The notes under the pieces: model-generated
Databases searched by the model: none
What the model was told of the DNA's origin: nothing
The model's input: only the letters and a program-made list of their open reading frames with translations
Translations under genes and position numbers: made by a program
Part shown: positions 31,490 through 46,000 of the stretch, one piece after another
How positions within the stretch are numbered: position 1 is the stretch's first letter
Layout: each line of letters begins with the position of its first letter
Source: Perkinsus chesapeaki ATCC PRA-425
Taxonomy: Eukaryota > Protista > Perkinsozoa
Direction of reading: 5' to 3'
Assembly: GCA_013115145.1 (NCBI GenBank)
Contig: JAAPAO010000007.1
Span: forward strand, 1 to 64,000
Length of the DNA stretch: 64,000 nt

Positions 31490-33477
31490 TTGACATCGAA
31501 ACATTTATAGTGTTATTTTGAAACATGTTATTTGTAAGTTTTTTCATTTACATAGCGCCGCGGTTGAGCTTGGTCCACCTAGGCTTGTACCTCTTGAGTC
31601 TACGTGTATTGCGTTACACAGTGCTTGTGCGCCTGACAACAAATGGACGTAATCGAACACGCTGATGCCGAACTTTGCTGAAGTCCCGACCTTACACAGT
31701 TCAACGTAACTTTAACTCGGCGTACTACATCAGAGATGCACCCGCGGTATGATAACCGCTAGCAGCAACCGCTTACGGGTTGCCTCATCACCATCACTGC
31801 ACGAGAATGCAGAAGATCATGGGAGCCGCTGAACTCGGTTCCCACTCCACGGAGGTTACCATGATGTCTTACCACTTACGCGGCGACGCATGATAGCTGC
31901 ACAGAAGCTGTCTAGCTCAACTCCGTAACGGAGTCTCCGTTAGATCCTCGAGATACCAATTTCAATGAATAACATCATTCCCCACGCGAGCGTTACGAAG
32001 ACAACAAATCTTTGTCAACAATACAATATGCCACACCGTATAGCAAACACAGTGGTACAGTATCTTTGCCTTCGCGAGCCTATCCTCAATCAACACAACA
32101 GCTACAAGTTCGCATGGGTAATAATCTGGTTCCAGCGGATCGAGTTAGTCGCACAGACACCGCTATACATTTCAATGCATCAGCGGTTCAAGATAGACAT
32201 CACTATATATATGGTTATACATAACACGCACATATACATATCCAGTCGGCAATCGACCGCTGGCAGAAATGCCAGATAGAAAGGAAAAAATGTTGTATTC
32301 GCACAAACTTGAGCCAAACTGTTACAGATATCGGAGCGACTGCCTAGTGATTCAAGTGCAGATACACAATCTAGCTCGCACAGACAATTGAGTGATAATA
32401 TAAAATAGACAAATGAGGAACCGACTCCGGCTCGAACTGTACCTCCAAGCACTTCATGCTTTCCAAATATTGGGTAGTGATGCGCTAACCTAAGTTACCG
32501 TTTGTTGCAATTGCTGCATGGTACAGCGGTATTGGCTATGTGGTAACCGCGAAAACGCCGTACTCGACAGTGGTATACTGCGAAGTGATAAATCGGTTCA
32601 CTGTTTCGCGGTTCTTGCGGTGAGCCTTAGTAATAATTCGAAAGTATCTTTGGTAACGAAACCGATAACCTTAGTACGGAAGTGTCAGTGATTATTATTC
32701 ACCGGTTATTTTAAGTAATACGCACGAATCTCATACCCAGAAGCAGCGGATATGATATATCTTGCGCAACCGTACCGCTATGGATATGATTTATGACACT
32801 GAGAGGCCTGTTTGGTTCGGTCCACTGCGACCGGAGGTTTAGTAGATGCCCAGATGTTCCTGTCCTTCGCAATACTGTCGTTATCGAAGTTCGCAGCGCG
32901 GGTCGTTCGATGCCGACTTGGAACGACCGTGGTACTAGTCTAAGCTGACCTTTCTTTGAACGACGGCCATAGAAAATTGGGGATAAATAAAACCGATCTG
33001 CCGGAAATTCGTGAATCTCCTAGCCTAGGAGTCCTAGGTCGGTTTTCAGGCGAGCGCTTCGACTGCAGACATCTGCCATGCATATTCCACACAAAGTGTG
33101 CCTCACGGCTTGTCAATTTGCGTCTCTTGTAGAAGGGTTGACCGCATGGTGAACTTCAAACAAAACGCCGAAGTCTTAATATAACGATCGGGTATATATA
33201 ATGAATGTGGCATGCATTCGTGTTGTCGGAGAATGAATTGCCGGTAGACTTTGTCGTCACACACAGCACAGTAGCGTCACGAACACATAGCATTACCAGT
33301 CGCAATGGCAACGAGCTTTACATTGTCGAAAAGTCATCACACATCACGCGCAGTGGCAACGTGGGCACACTGGAAAGAAGGGTTCGCAGAACGCGATTAA
33401 ATAAAATGGTACACAAAGTATGACAAGACAGTTGTAACCAACCATCTGTACAGGGTGAGACAAGCTAAGGAGACAAA

Positions 33478-34081
33478 TTATGTCCATAGCCGAGTCTCCT
33501 CGCGTTCTGTTGACTCCGATGTGACGTTTACGGTGCCATTATTGTACAGGGAATGCTCGATCAAATGGGCCTCGAATCTAGCTTGTAGATCAGCTAGACG
33601 CTGTTCGAGTTCACGTATTCGTGACTGAGGAGAATAAAGATAACATACTGAACCATTCGCACTTATTGATGCCAAGAAAGTACGCTCCAAAAACGAGTCC
33701 TACCTGTTGTTCCTGTACTGCACCAGTCAAAATCGCAATCAAGTCCTGATATAAGACGGAAAGGGTGTCTTGCCCTTCAGATCGATGGACCACTTCGGGC
33801 AATAACCGTTCCAGATCCTGAGAGTAAAACGTCAACAAATTGGGACCACAAGACAACGCGCAAGACCATTATGAGCTAGTACAAGTACTCACCTGTGCTA
33901 TAAAGCCAAATCGCCGCCGATCAGCCTCTGCGCCGGTTTGAGAGTCAAGTTTGAATGCGACCGGTCGTAGCTCCCTGAGCAGTTGCGAAGCCGGGCCATC
34001 ACGGTCAGCCTCCGCCTCTCCACTAGTTGGCTCGAGAGCAACAGAGAGCGGTGTAATATCTCGCTTCAAACGACGATCACT
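33478..34081 (-). other. Intramolecular chaperone autoprocessing (peptidase S74) domain plus coiled coil
   Basis: Spliced LTTT-SDRRLKRDITPL...LLRELRPVAFKL...RFGFIAQ|DLERLLPEVV...LSVLYQDLIAILTGAVQEQQ|SRIRELEQRLADLQ matches the S74 signature (S-D-x-R-L-K, L.PV.F, GFIAQE, V.Y..L..L..A.QE). The catalytic Ser codon is at 34079-34081. Confidence 0.9.
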
Positions 34082-37000
34082 TGTTGTTAATGCAACGTCA
34101 GCTGTCCAGGTACCTGAATGAACATTGAAGACATGTTGCCGATCCTAAGCGTTATGAAGCGGTTCTGCACGCCATCGAGCCAGAATTGCTACTCGCGGCT
34201 TACCGTGTAAGGTTCCCGTGCCTGCTTCAGTCGCTGATATGACTCGAGTAGAGCCAGCGTACAACTGGAAGCTACCCAAGCGGACGAAGCTTCGAACCGA
34301 AAGGCTGCTTCCGAATGTCGCGAAGTCGACGACAGACAGCTTGCTGCCTAGCCGCGCGAATGATCGCAACGACAGAGATGATCCAAAGCTAGCCACTTGT
34401 ATGACGGAGAGCTGATTAGCGTACGTATTGGTGAGCACGCTGAGGGCTGACCCCAGATGTGCCGAATCCCGTAGTGATAAGACGCTACCCAACCGTGCGA
34501 AGCTCCTCATTGAGACGGAGCTGCCGAAATTCGCTGCGTCGAGAACAGACAGGCTACCGCTAACTCTCGTGTACGATAGTGCCGAAAGGCTACTGCCTAG
34601 TTGGGCAACACCTGCAGCTGATACTTGATTCGCATAAGTAGCATCAGATATGGTCAACGTAGAACCAGCATCAATATGTCCCAGGACAGAGATACTGCTT
34701 CCCAAGCGAGCGAATGATCTTAGAGAGAGGGTGCTTCCGAAGCTGGCAAAGTTGATCAACGATGTAACACTTCCCAGTCGAGCGAATGATCGCAGAGATA
34801 TAGAAGACCCAAAGTTGACCAAGTCAAGAGCTGATACCTTGTTAACATAGGCGTAGTCTGTTGTACTCTGCACCGAGCCGCAAGTGAGCGAGCTCGTGAC
34901 TGACAGGCTGCTTCCTACCCTCGCGAGCGAACGCAAGGAGAGCGAGCTGCCGAAGGCCGTCATGTCATAGACAGAGAGTCTGCTGCCAAGGCGGCCGAAG
35001 CTTCTCAAAGAGAGTGCCGATGCGAAGTTTACCAAGTCCAGAATGGACACCTTATTCACATAAGCATAGGCCGTCGTGCTCTGTACTCCACCGAAGTGGG
35101 TCACACCTTGGACACTCAAACTGCTTCCGAGGCGAGAGAATGATCGAAGGGACAGCGAGCTAGCAAATGACGCAGTGTCATAAACTGACAAGATGCTGCC
35201 AAGACGGCCGAAGCTTCTTAATGAAAGGGACGAGCCCATCACGACTTGGTCGATAACTGATACCCTGTTAAGATACTGCGAGCCAATAACGCTCTGTGTA
35301 TCACCAAGGTTGATAAGATTAGCCACCGAAAGGCCACTACCCAGCCGACAGAAGCCTCTCAGAGATAAAGAGCTGCCAAGCACCGCTTGGTCAAATGAAG
35401 ACAATCTCGACCCCAAGCGCGAGAATGACCGGAGCGATAGGGAAGAGCCGAAATGTATTGCATCAAGTGCGGATACCTTATTGACGTAGGCATACCCTAC
35501 CGTACTCTGAACATCACCAAGGTGCATCACACCAGTTACAGAGAGACCGCTTCCCAAACGAGCAAGGCTCCTCATCGATAGCGAGCTACTAATAACAGTA
35601 TAGTCAAGAGCGGTCAACTTCGAACCAAGTCTTGCATATGACCTCAGCGACATAGAAGAGCCGAAGTTAGCTAAGTTGAGGACCGAGAACCGATTGACCA
35701 CAGTGTTATCAGTAACAGATAATGTGGAGCCAGCGTAAACCCCGCTAGCGGCCGAGACGCTACTGCCCAGACGAGCTGCACTGCGGAGAGATAGTGTACT
35801 TCCAAAAGTGACGAAGTCGACAATAGAAACTCGGCTTCCAAGCCTTCCGAAGGATCTCAGAGAGAGGCTCGAAGTGAAGCAGATCTTGTCAAGAACAGAG
35901 ACCTTATTGAGGTAAGCGTATCCCACTGTGCTCTGAGTAGAGCCTGCCGTGATACCATCGAAGACTGATATCGTGCTGCCGAGTCGCATGAAAGTTCTCA
36001 ATGAAAGAGAGCTTCCGAAGGATGTGCAGTCGAAGACTGATTGTTTGCTTCCTAGCCTTGCGAAGGATCGCAGTGACAAAGAAGAACCGAAAACACCTCC
36101 GTCAAGGATTGATAGCTTGTTAGCGAAGGCGACACCGATAGCGCTCGTTACTCCGCCCATGCGGGTAACACCGGCTATAGATATTGCGCTACCTAGCCTC
36201 GCTATTGCCCTCATGGAGACGCTACTACCGAAGGCCATGAAGTCGAGTACGGAGAGCCGACTGCCAAGCCGCCCGAAGGACCGGACAGACAGTGATGAGC
36301 CGAAGTTGACGGAGTCAAGAGCAGATAACTTATTAGCGAACTGACTGCCGAGAATACTTAGTGATGATCCGAGCCTTGTCTCCGACAGCACCGACACCCC
36401 ACTCCCGAGCCTCGATACACTACGGAGCGATAACGCGCTTCCGAACGATGCATAATCCGCTACGCTAAGCTTCGATGAGAGGCGGGCAAAGGATCGCAGC
36501 GATAGGGAGGAGCCGAAGTTGCCGAAGTTGAGAACAGAAATACGGTTCAGAAAGCTGTGGCCAATAAGACTGATTGGGCCACCGAAGTGGGATGTGCCTG
36601 TGACCGAAATGCCACTGCCCAGGCGAGCTTGACCTCGCAGAGACAGAGAGCTACCAAGCGCAGCATAGTCTAGTATGGACGACTTGCTTCCGAGACGAGC
36701 GAATGACCTCAGGGACAGCGAAGAACCAAAGTTAACATTGTCGTAGACACTTAGGGACTGGCCGTATTGAGCCGTGTTGCCGACGCTATGGGTAGAGCCA
36801 GTGACGACTGTAGTACCGAAGACGGATATAGTGCTGCCCAACCGAACGAAACTTCTGACCGATAGGCTGCTGCTCAGCTCCACGACATCGAGCGCTGATA
36901 GCTTGCTACCCAGCCTTGCAAACGAGCGTAGCGAGAGCGATGAGCCGAAGTTGGCAGTGTCAATGACGGATAGTCTATTGCTACAGAAGTTGCCGAGCAC

Positions 37001-40000
37001 ACTCTGAGTTCCTGTAATGCGAGCTACACCGGTCACCGAGATGCCGCTGCCAAGGCGAGCAATGCTCCTCAGCGATAAACTGCTACCCAAGCCAACGAAG
37101 TCCACCACGGAGAGCCGAGATCCAAGCCTTGCGAAGCTACGCAAAGAAAGCGAGGAACCGAAGGTAGCTATATCATTAACAGAAAGCTTAGTCACAAAGG
37201 CGTAGTCGGCAACGCTGTGATAAGATCCCAAGAATGCCGGAGAAGCGATGGAAACACCGCTGCCTTGCCGAGTGAAGCTGCGCAGAGACAGAGAGCTACC
37301 TAGTGCCACGTAATCGAGGCCGCTAAGCTTACTGCCCAGCCTAGCGAAAGACCTCAGAGATAACGATGAGGCGAATTGGCACTCCGATGAAACGGACAGG
37401 GTCGTCAACCTCGTTGTCGAGTATGCCCGAATCGTACTGCCGAATTGAGTCGTTGAGCCGACACTCAAGGAGCTTCCCAAACGAGCAAATGAGCGCAGAG
37501 ACAACGAGCTGCCAAAAGCACTGAAATCGGTGATGGAGGCTGTGCTACCGAGTCTCGCGAATGATCTTAATGACAACGATGAGCTGAAGTGGGCGGAGCC
37601 AGCAGCCGATACGGCGTTCAGGTAAGTAGCACTGCCTATACTCTGAATGGTACCAAAGCGAGTTACACCAGCAACAGATAGTGAGCTCCCGAGGCGCCCG
37701 AACGCTCTCAAAGAAAGGCTGCTGCCAAAGTTGCTCATGTCGAATATGCTGGCTGTTGACCCAAGCCTGGCGAATGAGCGCAGTGACATAGTCGAGCCGA
37801 AGTTAACGTGGTCCAGGGCAGAAACCTTGTTCACATAGGTGTAGTCGGTGATGCTTTGCACGCCGCCCATGTGGAGCGTACCAGCAACTGACAAGCCGCT
37901 ACCTAGCCTTGCGATGGCTCTTAGGGAGAGAGAGCTTCCGAAGCTAGCGGAATCCAGGGTCGAGAATGTAGCACCGACTCGCATGAAAGACAGAACGGAC
38001 GCTGAGCTACCGGCCCGGACGAGATCATTAGCACTGAGTTTTTGGAAGTACGCCGAGCCTTGTGTGCTAAGGTAGCTTCCAAGACAAACCTCACTGGCGA
38101 CCGAAGCAGTGCTGCCTAGCCGAGAGAAGCCCCTTAAAGATAGAGAGCTTCCCAGAGCAACGTAGTCAATACAACTTGCCGTGCTACCCAGTCGACTGAA
38201 GCTTCTCAGAGACAGGCTAGAGCCGAAACTAGTGTGGTCCAGAATCGACAACCTATTACCTGTCTTGACTCGTCCCAAAACCGACACGGAACTTGCAAGC
38301 CGGCCAAATGCCCTGAGGCTAAGACTGCTTCCAAAGACCGTGTAGTCTAGCACGCTGACTTTGCTAGCGAGTCTGGTGAAGCTCCTGATTGATAGAGAGC
38401 TACCCATATGTGCGAACTTCACCACCGAAAGGCTACCACCAGCTCGAGCAGCGCCCAGTAAGGAAGCGCACGATCCCAGACGCGCAAAGGAGCGTAACGA
38501 CAGCGTTGAGCCATATGATGTTTGCGCCAGAAGCGAGAGGCTCGAGCCGAGCTTGGTAGCCGCACCAACTGACAGACCTGACCCAAGGCGGGACATCGAT
38601 CTCATTGAGACAGAACTGCCGAGCACAGCGTAGTCCAAAACGCTGGTTGCCCCACCGAACCTAGCGAAGCTCCTCAGTGAGAGGCTCGAGCTGAAGCTTC
38701 CGCTCTGAACGATAGAAAGTGCACCACCAAATCTTGCGTTGGACACGGCGCTAATGGCTCCTCCAGCGTGAGCAGTGCCGACCAGACTCAGCGATGAGCC
38801 GAAGCGAGCGAAGGACCGGAGGGAGACCGAACTCGCCAGGATAGCCTGGTCGATCACAGATAGTTGGTAGAGACTGCCAAGCCTGACAAGACCAAGAACG
38901 GACACACCGCTCCCAATTCTTGCAAAAGACCTTAAGGAGAGTGAGCTGCCAAGTTCAGTCTGCTCAAGAACAGAAATAGCACCGGCAACTCTGGCGAACG
39001 ACCTCAAGGACAAGGATGATCCGAACGCTGTACAGTCGACGACGCTGGCACTACTGCCAAGGCGGGCGAAGCTCCTCAAGGATAGACTGCTACCGAAGTT
39101 GCCGTAGTCCACGAGGCTAACTTTGCCGGAGAGTAGAGCGAAGCTCCTGATAGACAGGGTGGAAGCAAGGTTTGCGAGATTAACTGCGCTGAGAGCACCA
39201 CCATAGTGAGCGGACCCGAGAGCTGACAAAGAACTGCCGAGCCTCGCTGCACTTCTGAGTGATAGACTGCTGCCAAAGGCAACGGCATCAAGAACACTGA
39301 GTGTAGAGCCCACGCGGAGGAAAGACAGCGCACTTGCCGCAGAGCCAACATGTGCTGCTGAGAGAACACTCACAGAGCTCCCTAATCTCGCAAATGATCG
39401 CAGAGATAAGGCCGACCCGAAAGAAGAAAGACCAAGAACTGATTGCCTCGCACCAAGGGTAGCGCTGCCAAGAAGGCTCAAGCTACTACCTAACCTCTGA
39501 GACGATCTGAGGCTTACTGAACTTCCACAAACAGCATAGTCGAGAGCGGATAGCTTGCTACCGAGGCGAGCGAAAGATCTCAGAGAAAGACTGCTGCCGA
39601 AAGAAGCACTGCCGAGGACGGAAGACGAAGAGCCAAGTAATGTATTTCCCAGGACTGAGATACCGCTTCCTAGTCTCGCGAAACCTCTCAGCGAGAGGGA
39701 ACTGCCGAGCTCCGCCACACCGACTACAGAGATAGCAAGTCGAGAGCCGAAGCGAGCAACCCCTTCAACCGAGAGAGAACTACCAACACGCACAGCTGCT
39801 CGTATAGAGAGGCTGCTTCCAAACGTTGTATAGTCCATAACCGTTAGTTTGCTGCCTAGCCTGGCGAAGCTTCTAAGGCTCAATGAGGATCCGAAGTGAC
39901 CCTGCTGGAGCACAGATAGTTCCGAACCATAACGGGCGGAACCGAGAGCGGAGAGACTAGAGCCAGCAGCCAGCGGACTGAAGACGGAGATAGACGAGCC

Positions 40001-43000
40001 CAGGCGAGCAAAGCTTCTGAACGACAGAGAGCTACCAATAACGGCATAACCTAGGACCGACATCTTGGAGCTGAGGCGAGCCAGCGAGCGGATCGAGAGA
40101 GAAGAACCGAAGTTCACCTCGCCGATTGCGCTCAAAGTGCTACCGAATCTCGCACAGCCGATGGCTGACACTCTCGAACCAATAGAGGCAGAGGCTACCG
40201 TAGACACGGAACTACCGATTCTGGCGAAATTCCTCAGAGAGAGCGAGCTGCCGAATTCTATCGCGTCAAGAACGGAAAGCTTGCTACCTAGCCTGGCGAA
40301 GCTCCTCAAGGAGAGCGACGACGCGAAGGCGGTGGAGGCTATAATAGAAAGCTTGTAGGCGGAACCAAGGCGGACCAAACCAGCAACTGAAAGGCCACTG
40401 CCGATGCGCTGGAATGATCTCAAGGAAAGCGAGCTGCCGACCACAGCATAGTTGAAGACCGAGGCCGAACTGCCGCAGCGCGCGAACGATCGCAATGAGA
40501 GGCTTGAGCCGAGGCTAGCCTGCTCGATAGCAGAGAGTCGACCACCAAACATGGCATTTCCAACTGCTGATACAGCCCCACCGATACGAGCAACGCTACG
40601 AAGAGACAGTGAGCTGCCGAGTGTGGCGAAATCCAGCACGGTGATATGGCCCGATAGACGAGCGAACGACCTCAGCGATAGAGACGACCCAAAGGAGGCA
40701 TGCGACACGGTAGACAGGGATGCCCCGGTGTTAAGGAGGCCAACCAGAGAAGCTGAGCTTCCCAGTCGTGCTACTGTGCGTAGGGATAACGAACTGCCGA
40801 TCTGGGTATAGCTCAGAGCACTCACCTTGTCCGACAGGCGAGCAAAGCTCCTCAGTGAGAGTGATGAACCAATGTTGACAACTCCGATAATTGATGCAGA
40901 ACCACCTATAGGAGCATTTCCGATAGCTGAGACTGAGCTACCCAGCCTAGCGAACGATCTCAGGGAAAGAGCTGAGCTGAAAGACGTTGCGTCAATGGCA
41001 GATACTGAGCTTGCTATACGGACCTTGGACACCACGGACAACGAGCTACCGAGACGAAGATAGGTCCTCAGCGAGAGAGAGCTACCGAGAGCGACCATAT
41101 CAAGAGCACTCGCGCGACTTCCCAGTCTGGCAAATGACCTCAGGGAAAGGCTGGAGCCAAAACTGGTTGAAGAAACCGCACTCAGTGTCGAGCCGACTCT
41201 GGCAAAGCCGCATGTGCTGAGCGTTGCACCCGAATAAATAGAGCTGACAATGCTGACAGCTGATCCAAACCGAGCAAAGCTCCTCATAGACACCGAGCTA
41301 CCAATCGTAACTTGGTCTATAACCGACAAGCCGTATACACTGCCTAGACGAGTGAGGCCTAGCACAGAGAGTCCACTTCCGAGCCGGGCAGAGTTACGCA
41401 GAGACAGAGAGCTGCCAAGAGTAGCATAGTCAACGATAGATGACTTGCTACCGAGACGAGCAAATGACCTCATAGACAAGCTGGATCCGAATGCCACTGC
41501 ATCCAGAGTAGACAGAGTGCCTCCAACCCGGCCGAAGGATAAAGCAGAAGCTGCGCTACCGAGAGTAACAGAGCCATAGGCTGAAAGACTGCTTCCAAGC
41601 CGAGCGAATGCGCGGAGCGAAAGCGAGCTTCCGAAAGCGCACTCACCAACCACAGACAATGCGCCGCCAACCTTTGCAGCAGAAAGAGCACTGATAGAGC
41701 TACCAAGGCGAGCTAATCCTCGCAGTGATAGAGAGGATGCCAGCAAAGTGCAATCCAATGAAGACACTGCTGCCGACATACGCGCAAATGATAGGGCTGA
41801 CAACTCTCCACCCATTCGAGTATCTCCAAGAAGACTTACACCACTACCGAGGCGGGCGAATGATCTTAGGGAGAGACTGGAGCCGAACGAACCCACCGCA
41901 AGCACTGATAAGGATGAAGCAAGTCGACAATCACCAGCAGCGCTAAGGGAGCTTCCAAAACGAGAAGATGCTCTCAAGCTGAGAGTGCTTCCTAGAGTTG
42001 TGAAATCTAGGACAGAGAGCTTGCCTCCCAATCTCGCAAACGATCGAAGACTCAGACTGCTGCCGAACTCACAATGATCCACCACGCTCATGGCGGAGCC
42101 AAAAACGGCGGTACCAACAGCCGAGATCGAACTGCCAAGACGAGCGAAAGACCTTAAAGACAGGCCGCTTGCAAGTTCCGCGGTATCGATCACACTTAGT
42201 GACTGTCTGGAACCGAAACGCGCCAGTCCGTCAACCGACAGGGTGCTACCAAGGCGGACGAAGGAGCGTATAGACAAGGAACTACCTATCATGGCAGTGT
42301 CATAGACGCTAAGCTTGCTGCCAAGACGAGAGAATGACCTCAAAGACAGTGATGAACCAAAGGTCGTTTGGCTTAATGTAGACAAGTCAGCGCCATAGCG
42401 TGTCGTGCTCGATGCCGACAGTACGCTGCCCAACCGGACTCCACTAGTAGTGGATAACGAGCTCCCGAGGCGTGCAAAGCTCGCCAATGACAAGGAGCTT
42501 CCAAACGAGGAGCGATCGAGGACTGAAACGTACCCCGACAACCGTGCAAAGCTACGTAGCGACAGGCTGGAACCGAAGTCGGCACAACCAACAGCACTCA
42601 TAGCCGATCCGAGATAGCCGCTTGAAGCAGTAGATAATGAGCTACCCAACCTTGCTGCTGATCTTAAGGACAAGCAGCTGCCAAAGGCCGCCATGTCGAC
42701 GACAGAAGCCTTGCCTCCGAGACGAGTGAAGGATCGAAGTGATAGAGATGAACCAAACAGTACACCTCCCAGGACCGAAGCAGTGCTGCCTAGCCGAGCT
42801 AGGGAGACGGCTGACAGTTGGCCACCAGTTCTCGCAGACCCGGCTACCGAAAGACTACTTCCAAGCCGAGCAAAGCTCCGTAGTGATAGTGAACTAGAGA
42901 AGTGAGAAGAGCTTATGACTGACAAGGAGTAGATAGAGCCAATGCGTGCAAGTCCTGATAGCGATGCCGAGCTACCAACACGGAAGAAGCTTCGGACGGA

Positions 43001-46000
43001 AAGGGAGCTGCCTAGCATCACGCTGTCGAGCACGCTCGCAGTACTTCCTAGCCGAGAGAATGAACGCAGAGACAAGCTGCTACCGAACTCTGCCTGTCCG
43101 AGAGCGCTGATGGACGAAGCTGCAGCAAGTTCTCCGACGAGAGATAAGGCACTGCCGAGCCGTGAGAATCCTCGTAGTGACAAAGAGCTACCCAAATCTG
43201 CGGCATCAACCACAGAGAGCTTAGATCCTAGTCGGCCGAAGCTGCGGAGCGACAGACTTGAGCCGAAGCTCGCCGCTCCAACTGCTGAGCATGTTGCACC
43301 AATACGAGCATCACTTAAAACGGATATAGATGAGCCACCGGTAAAGGTTGAGGCCACCGAGATAGCACTTCCAAGGCGAGCCACAGCTCGGAGTGATAAC
43401 GAGCTACCGAAATCAGCAAAGTCTAATACCGACAACTTGCTACTGAGCCGAGCGAAGCTCCTAAGGGATAGGCTCGACCCAAAGTGTACAGCACCAAGGG
43501 CACTGACAGCGTCACCAATTCGACTGCATCCCAAAGCCGAGAGGCTTGAGCCGCACTCAGTCGCGAGCCGAACAGAAAGGCTGCTGCCAAGACGAGCGAA
43601 GGACCTCAGAGAAAGAGAACTTCCTAAGTGGCCCTCTGCAATAAGGGAGAGTTTATAAACCGAGCCAATGCGTGCAAGGCCTAAAACCGATAATCCGCTT
43701 CCGAGGCGACCGCCTGCCCTGAGTGATAGTGAGCTGCCGCACTGGGCGAAGTCAAGAATACTGATCTTGCTTCCCAGTCTGGCAAATGACCTCAGAGAGA
43801 GTGATGATCCGAAGGTTGCTGAGTCTGCGGTAGATAAAGTTGAGCTGAACCTTGCAACGCCAAGAGCAGAGAGCGCTGAAGAAGCATAAATCACGCCTGT
43901 CACTGATAAGCTGCTGCCGAGGCGAGCAAAAGATCGGAGCGATAGGCTTGAAGCAAAGTTTACGGAGTCGGCAATGGACGTCACTGCCATGGATCCGCAG
44001 CGCACGTATCCCAGAACTGAGAGGCTGCTGCCTAACCTGGCATGCCCTCGCAAAGAGAGTGAGCTACCCAAAGCGATCTTATCCAGCACTGACAGTTTGC
44101 TACCAAGTCGAGCAAAAGACCTTAGAGATAGTGAGGAAGCGAATGATGCCTGCTCCATAACCGATATATGAGAACCGACCCTCGCAGAGCTCAAAGTAGA
44201 GAAAGCGGCTCCAGCGGTCACCGTGGATGCAACTGACAAGCTGCTGGCTAATCGAGCGAAAGATCTTATAGACAAGGAGCTTCCGAACGATCCGCTGTCG
44301 ATGACTGAAATCGAGCTAGAAGCCCGTAATCCGCCTATTAGAGATACGCTGCTTCCCAGTCGCACCAACCCACGAAGAGACAGGCTTGAGCCGAGGTTGG
44401 CAAAGTCCAGTGCGGAAACCGAAAGACCAAGACGAGCTCTACTGATGGTACTCAGGGAAGAGGAGCCAGTCATTGCGCCAGTAACGGAGATACCACTGCC
44501 AAGCCTAGCAAAGCTTCGCAGTGATAGGCTGCTCCCGAAAGCTGCGCTACCAAGACTCGACAATGAGCCGGCAACGCGAGCGAACGAGCCGAGAGACAGG
44601 CTGGAGCCAAGATGAATCCAGCTTACAATAGACATTGAGCCGCCGAGTCTACCATTACCTACGGCTGAGACGGAACTGCCTAATCGTGCAAAGGAGCGCA
44701 AGGAGAGACCGCTCCCGAACGATGTTAGACCAATTGCGGATAGAGCCGAAGAGAGCTTCACATTTGCGAGAGCACTGATGCCGCTGCCTAGCCTGGCAAA
44801 CTGCCGCAAAGAAAGGCTACTACCAAACGACGCTTCCTCAAGCACCGATAGCTTACCACTCATACGCGCGAAAGACCTGCAACTCAGACTGCTGCCCAAT
44901 GTGACATAGTCCACAGTGGAGAGCGCGCTGGAGATACGAACACTTGCGAGTGAGCTAATGGTGGATCCAAGCCGAGCAAAGCTGCGGCATGAGATAGAGC
45001 TGCCAAAAGACGCTAACCCTATCGTAGATAGTTTGTAAACCGATCCCACTCTTGCAAGCCCGAGCACGGATACAGAGCTTCCTAGACGGCATGCTGACCT
45101 CAAGGATAGCGAGCTGCCCAGGTTAACGTAGTCGATCGCTGAGCACTTGCTACCGAGACGGGCAAAGGATCGGAGAGACAATGACGAACCGAAAGCAGCC
45201 TCACCAAGGACTGACAGAGCCTCACTCAGGCGCGTCGCAGACTGTACGCTCAGGGTGCTCTGCATTCTCACTGCTCCGAGAACCGACACCGAGCTTCCAA
45301 CGCGAGCGAACGATCGCAATGACAAGGCAGAGGCGAAGCTCGCACCTTCGATAACCGACAGTCTATAGAGAGATCCAACACGGGCGAGTCCTAGCATAGA
45401 CACCGAGCTTCCAAGTCTAGCAGCAGATCGCAGAGACAGGGAGGAACCGAACGAAACTTGGCTTAAGGCCGAAAGCTTGCTACCTAATCGCGCGAAACTT
45501 CTTAGTGACATGGAGCTACCAATAGAGGCTTCAGAGAGGAGACTGAGTTTGCTACCCAGGCGACTGTAAGATCGCAATGACATCGAGCTGCCGAAGTTCG
45601 CAGCGCAAATGACCGAGACACTTGAACCTGCATATGCTGCACCAACTGCGGAGAAGCTGCTACCAAGGCGACCGAACGACCTTAAAGAGAGAGCACTCCC
45701 TAGTGTAGTGAAGTCCAGCACTGTAGTATAGCTGCCAAGGCGGGAGAAGCTCCTCAAAGAGAGAGACGAGCCAAAAATGGCTTGACCGAGCACGCTGGTA
45801 GATTCACCCACTCGAGCGGATGCCAGGGCAGAAATAGCGGAGCCCACCTGTGCAACCGAGGCGATAGACAAGCTGCTTCCAAGCCGACTAAATGATCTCA
45901 AAGAGAGTGAACTTCCAAAGGCTGCTGAGTCCAATACGGAAATCTTTCCGCTGAGCCTAGAGAAGCTCCGGAGCGAAAGAGACGAACCAAATGCAACCTG

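Noticed and set aside
31600-33470. Gene or mobile element in the gene-poor interval before the giant gene
   Set aside because: Only short ORFs without recognisable motifs, and no terminal repeats or transposase/RT signatures were seen.
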